IMG/VR virus record: IMGVR_UViG_3300043446_005775
Location: 13,256-77,255 of that record
Strand: one strand, 5' to 3'
Source of the DNA: a virus
DNA length: 64,000 nucleotides
The translations under genes were made by a program, and so were the position numbers. Under the pieces are notes generated by a model. The model had not been told where the DNA came from. It saw only the letters and a list, made by a program, of their open reading frames with translations, and did not search any database. This document shows, piece after piece, positions 38,361 to 48,800 of this stretch. The first letter of the stretch is position 1, and every line of letters begins with the position of its first letter.

Positions 38361-39029
38361 ATGGCAAAGCTTTGGGACACAGGGGTACGCACAGGTGGGA
38401 AAGTCCTGCTCAAGATGGACGGTGCTGTCATCGGATTTGCGCAATCGGCGCGATTCCGCGATGATTATGGTCTTGAACCAGTCCATATTGTCGGACAGCT
38501 GCAGACGATTGAGTATGTGCCAATGCATGCGCGACATGAAATCCAGATGTCCGTCCTTGTCGTGCGGAACACCAGCTTGGCCGCAATGGGACTGGAGCCA
38601 GGTTCCGCTGGCAGCTTCGGATTGATCCCGGACTCTGTTTCGACCCAGCTGGGATCATCAGGGTCAATCGTTGGAAGCAGCCCTGCCAGGACAGGGCCTG
38701 AGAACGGATGGGACAAAACACTCCCCGGCACTACTGGCGCAAACGCAAACCTGGGCAATCCAGCCCTGATGTCGGACAAGGCCGCTCCATATCGGGTCTT
38801 GCATCAGAAAGTGTTTGACATCGAAGTTGTTGATGCGCAGTACAATACCGCTGCTGACGTCACCAACACAACCTTTCAAGGACATGTCATTGCCAAGTAC
38901 CTGAATTGCTTCTTTGCTGGCGGCGATCTCTCCGTTGACGCCAACCGGGTGTTGATGCACAATGTGACATTTTATGCGCAAGACAAGGATGGCCGTTACG
39001 GACTCAATGGAAACAACGCTATTTCGTAA
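38361..39029 (+). CDS. Tail tube protein (paralogue 2)
   Basis: Highly similar to the preceding gene except for a divergent central loop; AAGGAG SD. Confidence 0.85.
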   Translation: MAKLWDTGVRTGGKVLLKMDGAVIGFAQSARFRDDYGLEPVHIVGQLQTIEYVPMHARHEIQMSVLVVRNTSLAAMGLEPGSAGSFGLIPDSVSTQLGSSGSIVGSSPARTGPENGWDKTLPGTTGANANLGNPALMSDKAAPYRVLHQKVFDIEVVDAQYNTAADVTNTTFQGHVIAKYLNCFFAGGDLSVDANRVLMHNVTFYAQDKDGRYGLNGNNAIS

Positions 39030-39057
39030 TGCGTAATGCACAGTCGCGCTTCTTTAT

Positions 39058-39102
39058 GCCACGGTTTTCGACGACAGAAGAAAACTGTGGTATACTTTTT
39101 TT
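39058..39102 (+). terminator. Intrinsic terminator overlapping an extended -10 box
   Basis: GCCACGGTTTTC...GAAAACTGTGGT stem followed by ATACTTTTTTT; the 3' arm contains TGTGGTATACT. Confidence 0.6.
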
Positions 39103-39123
39103 AAATACATCGAGGGAGATCAC

Positions 39124-39546
39124 ATGGCCAACGAAGAAGCACCTGAACTAACTATTGCGCAGATTGCCGCGAAAGCAGTCGAACCGATCAAGCCTTCGTA
39201 CGCTACCGACACAAAGACATACGATCCCAACAAGCCGCACGAGATCGATGGGCCAGCCGGAAAGATCGGCGTAGTACGTGGCCACATGAACATGCAGCGC
39301 ATGGCTGGGAAAGCCGTTGCCGTCGCCCTTCAGGGGTTATCTGTTGATAATCGCACGTATGAAATGACGTACATGAGCCTGATGATCCAGTTTGTTACCC
39401 AATCACCCGGATATCTTCCCGCGTATGCCAATGGGAATATCGATAAGTTCCTGGAAAACATTTACGAGTTTGAAGACTTGTCTCACTACTTCAACGAATG
39501 GGAGTCCTGGCGAAACTCGTTTCGTGTCTCCCGACCGGTTTCTTGA
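39124..39546 (+). CDS. Tail assembly chaperone (gpG-like)
   Basis: Lies between tube and tape measure genes; ends ...WESWRNSFR with TTT CGT at 39520-39525. Confidence 0.7.
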   Translation: MANEEAPELTIAQIAAKAVEPIKPSYATDTKTYDPNKPHEIDGPAGKIGVVRGHMNMQRMAGKAVAVALQGLSVDNRTYEMTYMSLMIQFVTQSPGYLPAYANGNIDKFLENIYEFEDLSHYFNEWESWRNSFRVSRPVS

Positions 39547-40225
39547 CAGGAAAATTCGCCGCAACGCCCTTGAGGGCGTCTATGAATCAGACATGCTGGA
39601 ATGGTACCGGCAACAATACAATCTTCCATTGACTGACGAGAAGTATCTCCGTGTCTCTTCTGAAGAGGCAGCGCTTGATTTTTATCGCCGCCAGTTTTAC
39701 ATGGAGGTTCAATTCGGTGTGCGCAAATGGGGCGATCTTGATCCGGTGTTCAAGATGCCACCGCTGCCGATGCTCAAGCAATTTGGCGGAGTGCTTCCTT
39801 CTCCAAATGGCTATGGATATGACGATGATGATACTATCGACGAGAAGAGGCTGCAACAACAAGTTGCGGAACGTCAGTCTTCGCGTCCGCGAACATCAGC
39901 AAGTGGTGCAGATCGCGTTCGTCCCGCACAGGAAAGAGGCTCCACCCCTCCAGGCAGCACGAAGAGAAAAAGCGATGCGCCTTCGGAGTTCCTGGAGCCA
40001 AGCCCCAATCTTCCCCCTCATCTTGCCCATGATATTGTCAGCACCGGGTCCAACATGGTCAAGACGGAAAGTGCGGAGTACGGAATGGAAGAGGATGAAT
40101 TCTGGGAATTCGTTGCGTTGGTGGAGCGTCTCGATGCAGAAGAAGCGCGAAAGGCAAACAAGGGAGAGGAATGGCAAGTCGTTGAGTCCTTGAGTCCGGA
40201 GTCGCGACAAAGGACTTCCGAGTAA
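39521..40225 (+). CDS. Tail assembly chaperone extension (gpT-like), probably made by +1 frameshift
   Basis: The +1 frame is open across the end of the upstream gene and has no convincing start of its own; WYRQQYNLPLTDEKYL motif resembles the second chaperone ORF of large myoviruses. Confidence 0.65.
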   Translation, partial: FVSPDRFLDRKIRRNALEGVYESDMLEWYRQQYNLPLTDEKYLRVSSEEAALDFYRRQFYMEVQFGVRKWGDLDPVFKMPPLPMLKQFGGVLPSPNGYGYDDDDTIDEKRLQQQVAERQSSRPRTSASGADRVRPAQERGSTPPGSTKRKSDAPSEFLEPSPNLPPHLAHDIVSTGSNMVKTESAEYGMEEDEFWEFVALVERLDAEEARKANKGEEWQVVESLSPESRQRTSE

Positions 40226-40310
40226 TTCTCAAGCGCAGTTGTCCATGTTTGGATAGGTATACTATTTAGTAGCAGTAGCAAAAACTTGCAAATCTGGAGA
40301 GGTTAACATC

Positions 40311-43300
40311 ATGGCAACGCCCAAGGGAGTACCTGCTAGAGCATCAACTGCACAAGTCGCGCGTAATCTCGCCACAGATGTTATGTACACGGGCGCCAGA
40401 AAAGTGGCGGAATCCTCTGCCCTTACTCCGGGTCAGGTTGATGCCCAGATTCGCGAGGGTTCAACTATCAGCCGTCAGCAGGATTATGACGTAGGTTCCT
40501 TTTCTCGGCAGCTCAAGGACCTCGGCACCTCTTTGGAGAGCTTGAACAAAAGTTTCATCAATGCCTCGAAAGGACTGAACGCCACAACGCAAGAAAACAT
40601 CACCATGATGAAGATTGCCATGAGAAATGTTGGCAATGACAGGAATGCCATAGGAAATGCTGCCGCAGCCGCACAATCGACGCTGTCTACCGCATATTAT
40701 GGCGGCATGAACCGTGGGCAGGCAATGCAGAACATTGAAGCACTTTCCCAATCGGGAGTGCTTGGTTCGGGATCACGGGCGACAGGAGGCACGGCGATGT
40801 CCATCCAGTCGTACAACACGGCGTTCACGGCAGCAAGCGCTGCATCCGGAGGGTTTGGAACACGTGCTGATCAGTACGGGATGACTGCAACAGCCATGCT
40901 GAACAACATGGCGCAACGGGGCGCACAGGGCATTAGTGGCAGCCAGGTAACAACGACCTTGGGTGCCATCAATCTGGCTGCACAGCAGAACAACAATGCG
41001 ATGCTTCACAACGTGGCCCCAGGGGCATACGCGAAAGCAGAGCAGTCAATGATGGCTGGTGCGACCCAAGCCAACCCGATGCTCATGGCCGGGTTCAGCA
41101 AGGCGCGTTCGGGAATCCAGAGGCGCAACCAGGAAAGTCTTGACGCCGCCGAAAGCGAAGCAGCAAAGATTGAGGCGCAGATTGCATCGACAACGGATGA
41201 GGCCAGAAAATCCGAGCTGCAATCGCAACTTACTGCCAAGAAAGATGAAGCGAAGACATTCAGGACGCGATTGGACACACTTTCTGCGGCAAGGAAAGCT
41301 GGCCCCATGGGGGTGCAAGCATACATGGAAACTGGCGACATAGAGGCAAATGCTGAAATCATTCAAGGCCAGATGAGGCAATTCATGGGCAAAAGGGGTG
41401 GCGATCCCACCGGGATGAGCGCCCGGGCGATCATGGCGAGATCACAAATTGCGCAAGCCAATGGCTTGACCATGCAAGAGGTAACCAGCATGCTCCAAAC
41501 CCAGGCAGCTTTGCCGCAAGTAAAGGCGAGGCAAGCTGAAGCTGCGCAATACATGTCAACCGAGTATCAGGACATTGGAAAGACATACAAGAGTGGAGGC
41601 AAGACAGTCACCCGGACCGCAGAGGCGGCCAACCAGATACAAGAGGCTTTTCAGGGAACATTCAGATCCGGAACATTTGAGGATTTCAGAAGATCCGCAT
41701 TGAACACTACTGAGCAGACCGGCCAAAGCGCCAAATTCAAAACATCACTGCAAAGAGATCTTGATGCAATTGCAGCCAATTCTACATTGGACGATAAAGG
41801 CAAGCTTGACGCAGCAAGGGCAATAACAAAAAGGGCAATCAATGAAGGGTCGGGCGGAGAGATCTTTCAGGCAAGCAGCACCGGAGTTGCGGCAAATAAA
41901 CTGCAAGAAGGTCAAGCCGGAGCAGTTCAACTCGATAATGCGTTCAAGTCCGCTGGAAAATCCATGAACGACATGGCAAAAGCTTCAATCCAGTATGCAG
42001 ATGACATTGCAAAGGCTGCTGGGGCAATGCCCAAGGGAGACAGGAGCACGGGAACTATGCAGAGCGCAGCTGCAGACGCGTCGGCAGCTGCAGTTGATGC
42101 CGCTACGAAAGCAGCGACGGCAGCGTCATCAGCAGCGTCATCAGCACCGGACGCGGTTTCAGCTTTCCTGTTCACTCCTTCGCCAGGGCCAGGAGGAGCC
42201 ACCAAGGGCGGCACTGGCAAGCCCTCCACCACTGGCAAGCCCTCCACCACTGGCAAGCCCTCCACCGCCTCCCCTGACAATCCCGCCGCCATCCCTGATC
42301 AGCCGCAAAAAGGCTCCGAATTTGGCGGTCCTGTATTCCGCGGATTATCAGGGATAGTGGGGGAACGTGGCCCTGAAATATTCACTCCGAAACAGGATGG
42401 GTTCATCACGACCAACAAGGACAGTTCCTCAATCAGCGACTTGTTCAAATCGTCATTGAGTGCAATCAACCGGGCATTTACCGGAGGGCTTTCAAAATCG
42501 ATGAAGGACAAGCCCCCATCGACGCCAATGCCTGCTGGCGCAAGCGTGGACGGCAGCACCGCTCCAGTGGGGGGCGGAGATGACGGCAAGGATTTCCTCG
42601 GAAAGGTAGCAGCCATGTTCGAATCCGGTGGCGATCCCGGTCGTGTCTCCACAGGACAGGGGGATGCTGGAGGAAAAAGCTTTGGAGCATTCCAGTTGTC
42701 CAGCAAGACCGGGTCACTGGAAGCATTCCTCAAGCAAACCGGCTACATAAAGAACTTCGAAGGCATGAACCTGAAGAACCCCGGCAAGGATGTGGAGGCG
42801 CAGTGGAAGAAGCTTGCCGAAAATCCAGACTTCGTCAAGGCGCAGTCGGGATACGCAAAAGAAAAATATTATGATCCCTACTTGGCAATGCTGAAGAAAA
42901 ACGGCATTGACCTTTCTGGCAAGGGAAGAGCCGTGGACGAAATGATCCTCAGTACGGCAAACCAGTACGGAGCAGGATCATCCGTTCTCTTGAACGCCTT
43001 CAAGGGAAAGAACGTCGCTCAAATGTCCCCAGAGGAAATCATCACGACCGCCCAGAAATACAAGGCCGACTCAACTGAAACATATTTCTCAAGCAGCAGC
43101 GAAAATGTACGCGCGGGAGTAAAGAACCGCATTGCCAAGGAGCAGGCAATGCTATTGGGCATGACCAAGAGAGCCGAAGGCGGAGATATTGTCCGGGGAG
43201 AACCAACATTGGTTGGCGAAAAGGGCCCCGAGATGTTCGTTCCAAACTCCGGCGGGTCTGTCTCGTCGTCCGCGCAAACAAAAAAATTGCTGGAAGCGAA

Positions 43301-43451
43301 GCAAGACTCAGGCAATGGCGGAGGAAGCAAGGAGGTATCAGGTAAAATAATTGTTGAATTCGTTTCGGATGGACAGAAAGTGGGTGAAGCTGAACTCAAG
43401 TTCAACGGACCTGATCAAAGAGTATCAATCAATCCGCGACAAAGAAGATAA
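40311..43451 (+). CDS. Tape measure protein with a C-terminal VgrG3-like peptidoglycan hydrolase
   Basis: A/Q/M-rich helical N-terminal part; LGKVAAMFESGGDPGRVSTGQGDAGGKSFGAFQLSSKTG lysozyme-like signature, flanked by GIVGERGPEIFTP and LVGEKGPEMFVP motifs. Confidence 0.88.
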   Translation: MATPKGVPARASTAQVARNLATDVMYTGARKVAESSALTPGQVDAQIREGSTISRQQDYDVGSFSRQLKDLGTSLESLNKSFINASKGLNATTQENITMMKIAMRNVGNDRNAIGNAAAAAQSTLSTAYYGGMNRGQAMQNIEALSQSGVLGSGSRATGGTAMSIQSYNTAFTAASAASGGFGTRADQYGMTATAMLNNMAQRGAQGISGSQVTTTLGAINLAAQQNNNAMLHNVAPGAYAKAEQSMMAGATQANPMLMAGFSKARSGIQRRNQESLDAAESEAAKIEAQIASTTDEARKSELQSQLTAKKDEAKTFRTRLDTLSAARKAGPMGVQAYMETGDIEANAEIIQGQMRQFMGKRGGDPTGMSARAIMARSQIAQANGLTMQEVTSMLQTQAALPQVKARQAEAAQYMSTEYQDIGKTYKSGGKTVTRTAEAANQIQEAFQGTFRSGTFEDFRRSALNTTEQTGQSAKFKTSLQRDLDAIAANSTLDDKGKLDAARAITKRAINEGSGGEIFQASSTGVAANKLQEGQAGAVQLDNAFKSAGKSMNDMAKASIQYADDIAKAAGAMPKGDRSTGTMQSAAADASAAAVDAATKAATAASSAASSAPDAVSAFLFTPSPGPGGATKGGTGKPSTTGKPSTTGKPSTASPDNPAAIPDQPQKGSEFGGPVFRGLSGIVGERGPEIFTPKQDGFITTNKDSSSISDLFKSSLSAINRAFTGGLSKSMKDKPPSTPMPAGASVDGSTAPVGGGDDGKDFLGKVAAMFESGGDPGRVSTGQGDAGGKSFGAFQLSSKTGSLEAFLKQTGYIKNFEGMNLKNPGKDVEAQWKKLAENPDFVKAQSGYAKEKYYDPYLAMLKKNGIDLSGKGRAVDEMILSTANQYGAGSSVLLNAFKGKNVAQMSPEEIITTAQKYKADSTETYFSSSSENVRAGVKNRIAKEQAMLLGMTKRAEGGDIVRGEPTLVGEKGPEMFVPNSGGSVSSSAQTKKLLEAKQDSGNGGGSKEVSGKIIVEFVSDGQKVGEAELKFNGPDQRVSINPRQRR
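42213..42266 (+). repeat. Perfect 18-bp tandem repeat x3 in the tape measure linker
   Basis: ACTGGCAAGCCCTCCACC x3 (TGKPST x3). Confidence 0.95.
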
Positions 43452-43463
43452 CTGGAGGCGACC

Positions 43464-45806
43464 GTGAGTAGCCAATCGGCAAGTGTATCGCCTCTTCTGC
43501 AAAGAATACAGATCGGCAAATATGACATCAGTGATTTCGTGATGAGTTGCGAAGTCATGAAGTCCTTGAAGGAGCCTGCTGGGTTTTTCAGCATGACTCT
43601 CCGGCCCGAAATCATTGACAATGGTATTGTGGATTTCAACGACCTTCATGTCAACGACTTCGTGGAAATTCGTGTCGGAAGATTTGTCGTGCAGACATCC
43701 GGGGGCATGGATGCGCCAATTGTCATGCGCGGCATGGTTGATGCCATCGAGATATCCGAAAGCTACAGTCAGGGACTTGATGGAACGCCACAAAGAACAG
43801 TGAGCGTAAGCGGACGCGATCTTTCCAAGCTTATCATTGACAAATCACTTTGGATTCCACAAGAACAGTTTGCGGATTATTCCGTTGACAGATCCCAGCT
43901 TATTCTTGATTTGCAGGGCAAATTATTGGATTCCCCGAAAACTGACGGGGCTTTCCAGGAATTGAAGCCGTGGATTGAAAGCATCATGAAGGATGTGTTC
44001 ACGGATCCCCTTGTCGGATTTGATGTTGGGAATACCATAAATTTTGCCATTGATGTCAATCTGCCAAAGAATTCGCTTAATCAAGAGCGCGTAAAGGCAC
44101 TGACCTCATTTACCTTAAGTAGTTCAAAGGGAACACTTTTCAACTACATTGATTCCTACATCACCCGTCCATTCATGGAAATGTTCATTGAGGACTATGA
44201 AACGGAAACAAGGCTCAAGATTCGATGGGCCCCATTCAGGGACAGGAATGGAGATTTCCCATATCAGGCGCTTGAGCATATGGGAGCAGCAAATCCGGAT
44301 GGCACCATGAACGACAACGCAGGAAGCGCACGATTCTGGTGGGACACCAAACGTGACCCCTCTGTGATCGAAATAGGCTCGAATGAGATCGTGCAAAAAA
44401 GCATCCGGCGGCACTCAGGGGATGTCTATACCTATTTTTTCACAACATGGAGTGGATTCAAATCTGCTGATCCAGCGGCAGGAGATCGACCGTTATGGGA
44501 CAGTGCCGAGAAACCAGTAGTCCAGGAGCCGGAAACTGCCATGCTCGGCCCGAAAAAATACCTGAACATGAATCCCCGTTTCAATCCTCAATATGATTTC
44601 GTCGGAATCAAGCGTTTCGGATTGAAGCCGCTGGTGGTTCCGATTCCATTCTGGACACAAGATGATCAGGAAGAAACAGGAAGTACCACTACGACAAGCC
44701 GCACTGTGGCGGTAGTTGACACAACGCGCACCATGACCACGGGAGGCTCCGATTCCACAGCAGTCAGCAAGTCTCTCAGATCCGCAGAAGAGGCAATAGC
44801 GTGGGCTCGGGCACAGCCATCATCGGACTACGTCAAGATAGAAGGTGGCCAAACAGTTACCTATTGTGAGATGTTCACAAGAAAAGCATACAATAGTTCG
44901 ATCCTGTATCCCACCGCATGGGCAAATGCATCAAGAAACAGGACATCGGGATCCCTTTCTGATGCAAAAATTGGCAGCTTGATATTTTTCAAGCAAGACA
45001 AATCCAACGGGAATGCCGGACATGTGGCGCTGATCACCAGAATTGAGGAAAAGGCATCGGGCGCCAAATTATATTACATGCTTGGCGCAGTCAACTCAGG
45101 ACTCAAGGAAGAACCGGTAAACTCATCCTCGAACCCCTATTGGGTGAAGCTGTTCTATGGGATTGGATCAGCAGAAAAGTCCTATGGTGCGGGGGCAACC
45201 ACGATTTCAGAAGTCACATCAACCATCACTCCTGTCACGGAGGAGGATGCGTCGGGAAAACCCACGACAACGCGGACAGTGATCGTGGACAAGGTTACGG
45301 CAGAAAAGCCATCAGATGAGATTTCTGCGCTCCTTGACGACTGCAATCAATGGATGTATGACACCCTAAGGCAAATGGACAAGGTTTATACTGGTAAAAT
45401 GAGATTGATTGGCAATCCGTTCATAAAGATAGGAATGGAACTCGTCATCGATGATGACAAGGAACGCTCCTATTCGTCATACAAATCCACCAGCAGCAGG
45501 GTATCAACAAATTCGGCAGTAGAATCTGCAGTAGGCAGCGAGATACTTCAAACTGGAATTGACAGGAGAGAACGTTACTACATAGAATCCGTTCATCATT
45601 CCTGGAGTGTCTTTCCATCCCCGAATTTCATGACTGAAGTTGGACTGACCCGAGGCATTTTTGTCAATGGATCAAGCAACGTTCTCCCTGCTGGTGATGA
45701 AGGTGGTTTTGCGGCGACGCATACCAAGTGGGGAACTGAAACATCAACACGCTTGACGGATGCAGAAATGGCGGCCATAAACGGAATAGAAGTTGTGGAA
45801 AGCTGA
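43464..45806 (+). CDS. Baseplate hub / tail-associated lysin with an inserted CHAP/NlpC-P60 domain
   Basis: Hub motifs K.L.EPAG.FS...MRGMVD...VSGRDLSKL...PFMEMF...RFGLKP...G.MRLIGNP.IKIG...YYIESV.H...T.VGLTRG. Insert AIAWARAQ...YCEMFTRKAY...YPTAW...GSLIFF...GHVAL at ~44780-45170. Confidence 0.82.
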   Translation: MSSQSASVSPLLQRIQIGKYDISDFVMSCEVMKSLKEPAGFFSMTLRPEIIDNGIVDFNDLHVNDFVEIRVGRFVVQTSGGMDAPIVMRGMVDAIEISESYSQGLDGTPQRTVSVSGRDLSKLIIDKSLWIPQEQFADYSVDRSQLILDLQGKLLDSPKTDGAFQELKPWIESIMKDVFTDPLVGFDVGNTINFAIDVNLPKNSLNQERVKALTSFTLSSSKGTLFNYIDSYITRPFMEMFIEDYETETRLKIRWAPFRDRNGDFPYQALEHMGAANPDGTMNDNAGSARFWWDTKRDPSVIEIGSNEIVQKSIRRHSGDVYTYFFTTWSGFKSADPAAGDRPLWDSAEKPVVQEPETAMLGPKKYLNMNPRFNPQYDFVGIKRFGLKPLVVPIPFWTQDDQEETGSTTTTSRTVAVVDTTRTMTTGGSDSTAVSKSLRSAEEAIAWARAQPSSDYVKIEGGQTVTYCEMFTRKAYNSSILYPTAWANASRNRTSGSLSDAKIGSLIFFKQDKSNGNAGHVALITRIEEKASGAKLYYMLGAVNSGLKEEPVNSSSNPYWVKLFYGIGSAEKSYGAGATTISEVTSTITPVTEEDASGKPTTTRTVIVDKVTAEKPSDEISALLDDCNQWMYDTLRQMDKVYTGKMRLIGNPFIKIGMELVIDDDKERSYSSYKSTSSRVSTNSAVESAVGSEILQTGIDRRERYYIESVHHSWSVFPSPNFMTEVGLTRGIFVNGSSNVLPAGDEGGFAATHTKWGTETSTRLTDAEMAAINGIEVVES

Positions 45807-45812
45807 AAAAGC

Positions 45813-48800
45813 ATGAGCGTCAGAGGAATTTCGTTTGCTGATTCCGCGCTCGGTGGACAATCAGCACTTGCAAGCATAGGGGAAAGGTCTCCTTTTCAGG
45901 ACAATACGCCCTCCCTTATTTTTGCAAAGGTAGTATCCGTCAATTATGACGCACATACCATAAATTGCGTAGGGCTTTCCCAGCAACGAAGCAAGAGATT
46001 TGACAACGTCCCGGTATTGTCATCTGCATTCACGAATAAGCATGGCACAACAAATCTTCCAGTCATCTCCGCTCCTGCAGGCAGCACGGATCTCGAAAAG
46101 ACTCGGCTCGAAGATGATAATTCTGCATTGGCAGCCATTGCCTTTTTTGAGAACACTGCGTCGAAACCAGTCTGCATTGGATTTGTGTATCCAAGCGGAG
46201 ATGGAGAGGTGCTTTTTGCCGAAGAAGGACTCTCCATTGATCGCCACAACAGTAACGTGTATGAGCGATTGGACAGGAAGGGAAACTGGGAATTCGTTTT
46301 CCCTGACTCGACATTCCTGAAAATAGCACGAACGGACGAACTTTCGGAAATAACCGATCTGACGGGCAAGAACGCATCTGGCAACGCCTCTGACAACGCC
46401 AGGAGAAAATGGCAGATAGATTATGATCATGATCGATCAATAATCCTTTCGCATGCATATGGCGCACGTATGACGCTTGGGCAGACAGGTCTCAGGATCA
46501 CTACGTCAACGCTGAACAAGAATGCAAATCCCGACACTGGCGAAGCAATAAAATCCCAGAACCTTTCATGGTCATTCCAATCAGACGGAACCATCACTTC
46601 AAACTTCACTTCCCTCAGTTTTGTCACGAACATTGGCACAGTATTTTCCATTGATCAATATGGATCACTGTTTACCAACTCGCCCGTAAGCATTGACAAC
46701 ACGTTTGTTGTGTCAGGAACAACAAACCTTCCCTACGAAACGTATGTGGATGGCAAACGCATCGACTTGCTGATTTCGGAAATTGCTCAGTGGTACACCA
46801 ACAATCATCGGCATACGTACACCGATACATATGACAATGGAGGAGATACCCGGTGGACAGACTCTACCGAGATCACTTCATCCCTGACGATTCTTCCCTC
46901 TACCCCGGCAACAACGGGCGCGGCAGGAGAAACAACCACAGGAGCGGACACTGGTGCCACGACAACAGCGGCTGCGGTGGCGGGAGCAACTGGCGCTGCC
47001 CTCGCCACCGGCATAGACCCGTCCAAGATATTCATCGGCGTATCAAGCTCCGTTGGCGAGTCGGAGTTTGCCGCGCGAGCCGACCACTCGCACGGTCTTG
47101 ATACACCACAAACGCCAACGCCACTGTCGTTGCTCGTCGAGGGGCTCATCGGGCAAAGTGCACTTGCTGCCCGAAGCGATCACCGGCACCAACTCCTTGA
47201 TGTTGCCGGACTGAAAATAAATAATTCTTTCACCCAACTCAACACATTCCAGGCGGGGCTTTCAGCCACATCACCAGGATTGACCGGTGCATCGCGATGG
47301 ATGGGCGCAACCACATCAGGGGCGCCACAATCCGGCTCGTACAAGAAAGGAGACTTCGTCGTTGACCAGACTGGGTCATTCTGGATATGCACTGCCGATG
47401 GATCACAAGGAACGTGGCTGCAAATTGGCGGGACAAAGTACGGTACATCTTCCCTGTCAACCGGCGCAGTGAACCTTCCCGGAACCAGCCTGTTCCTTTC
47501 TCGACAGGATCATGTGCACTCCGTGGGCGCTGCCACCGTGGGGACCGTGGCAATCGTCAATGGATCGGTAACGCCGGAAAAGCTATCGTTCACTGCCGCA
47601 ACGCAAGCGGACCTGAACGCACACACGTCAAGTCTGCATCTTTCCATCGGAACAACCGATAGCACCGCCGCTGCCGGAAACCACACACACACCTTGCAAT
47701 CGTTCGTTGTCATTGGCGGCGAGACCTCCATGTTGTCCGCATCGGCAGTCACCATTGGCGGAGCGCCATTGACACTCAGGAACTACGCGTCAACAGGGTC
47801 TTTGGTGATTTCCCAGTCGGGAATCCTCACCCTTGCCGGAACCGAGATCAATCTTGACGCTTCAAGCGTGAAGATCAATGGAGTCTCCATACAGAACCTT
47901 GCAGGAATTTCCCCGGGAGGCGGAACAACAGGGATCGTCTCTTCCCAGTCTGCTTCGGAATATACCTACACCCTCCGGGCAATCACGACAAATGACACGA
48001 CATCCGTGACATTGACCACGAACTCTTCCTCTCCATCGTCAACAAACATGATTCTCGTGACTGCCGGAGAAGTGTGGTCCTATCAAGTCATCCTTACCGC
48101 AAATTCCTCGGCAGGAACATCCGTGGGAAGATGGACGGCCAATGGCCTGATAAAGCGAGGGGCAACCATCGCATCCACGACACTCGTGAACGATCCCGGC
48201 ATAGAAGGGTTTTTTGAACCGGCGCTGGAAAACTGCATCATTTCCATTTCGGCCGAAAATACTACCTATGGAGCGCTGGCAATAGCGGTCACCGGCATGG
48301 CCAGCACATCGATTGCGTGGACTGCCTCCGTCAAGGTTTCCGGCATCCAGACTCCGCTGGCATCAATACCGACGGAAACGTTCGGCTCGTCAGGATCAAC
48401 CACCGGATATGGAAGATTCACTTTTGCATCAGGGAAATTCGTGACTGATGGGGATTCGCAATATGGAGTGCAAGTCCTTCGTGGATCAACCAGTGATGAT
48501 GTGCCATTGATTCTCACCTCAAATGGATTGCCCGTGTCGAATCAGAATATTCCCATTCTTTCCTCGAATTCCTCCTGGATTTTTGACATCAAGGTTGCGG
48601 CGAACTGCACAGGGTCGAAAGCGGCCCTGTGGGCATTCACCGGATTGATTCGCAAGGCGCTGACGAACGCATCGACGTACATGGTCGGATTGATAGACAG
48701 CAAATCAACATCTGATCCGGATCTTGAGGATATTGAAATAACAATAGAGGCAAACACCACCTATGGCGGCATAAATGTCCAGGTCAAGGGAATTGAATCA

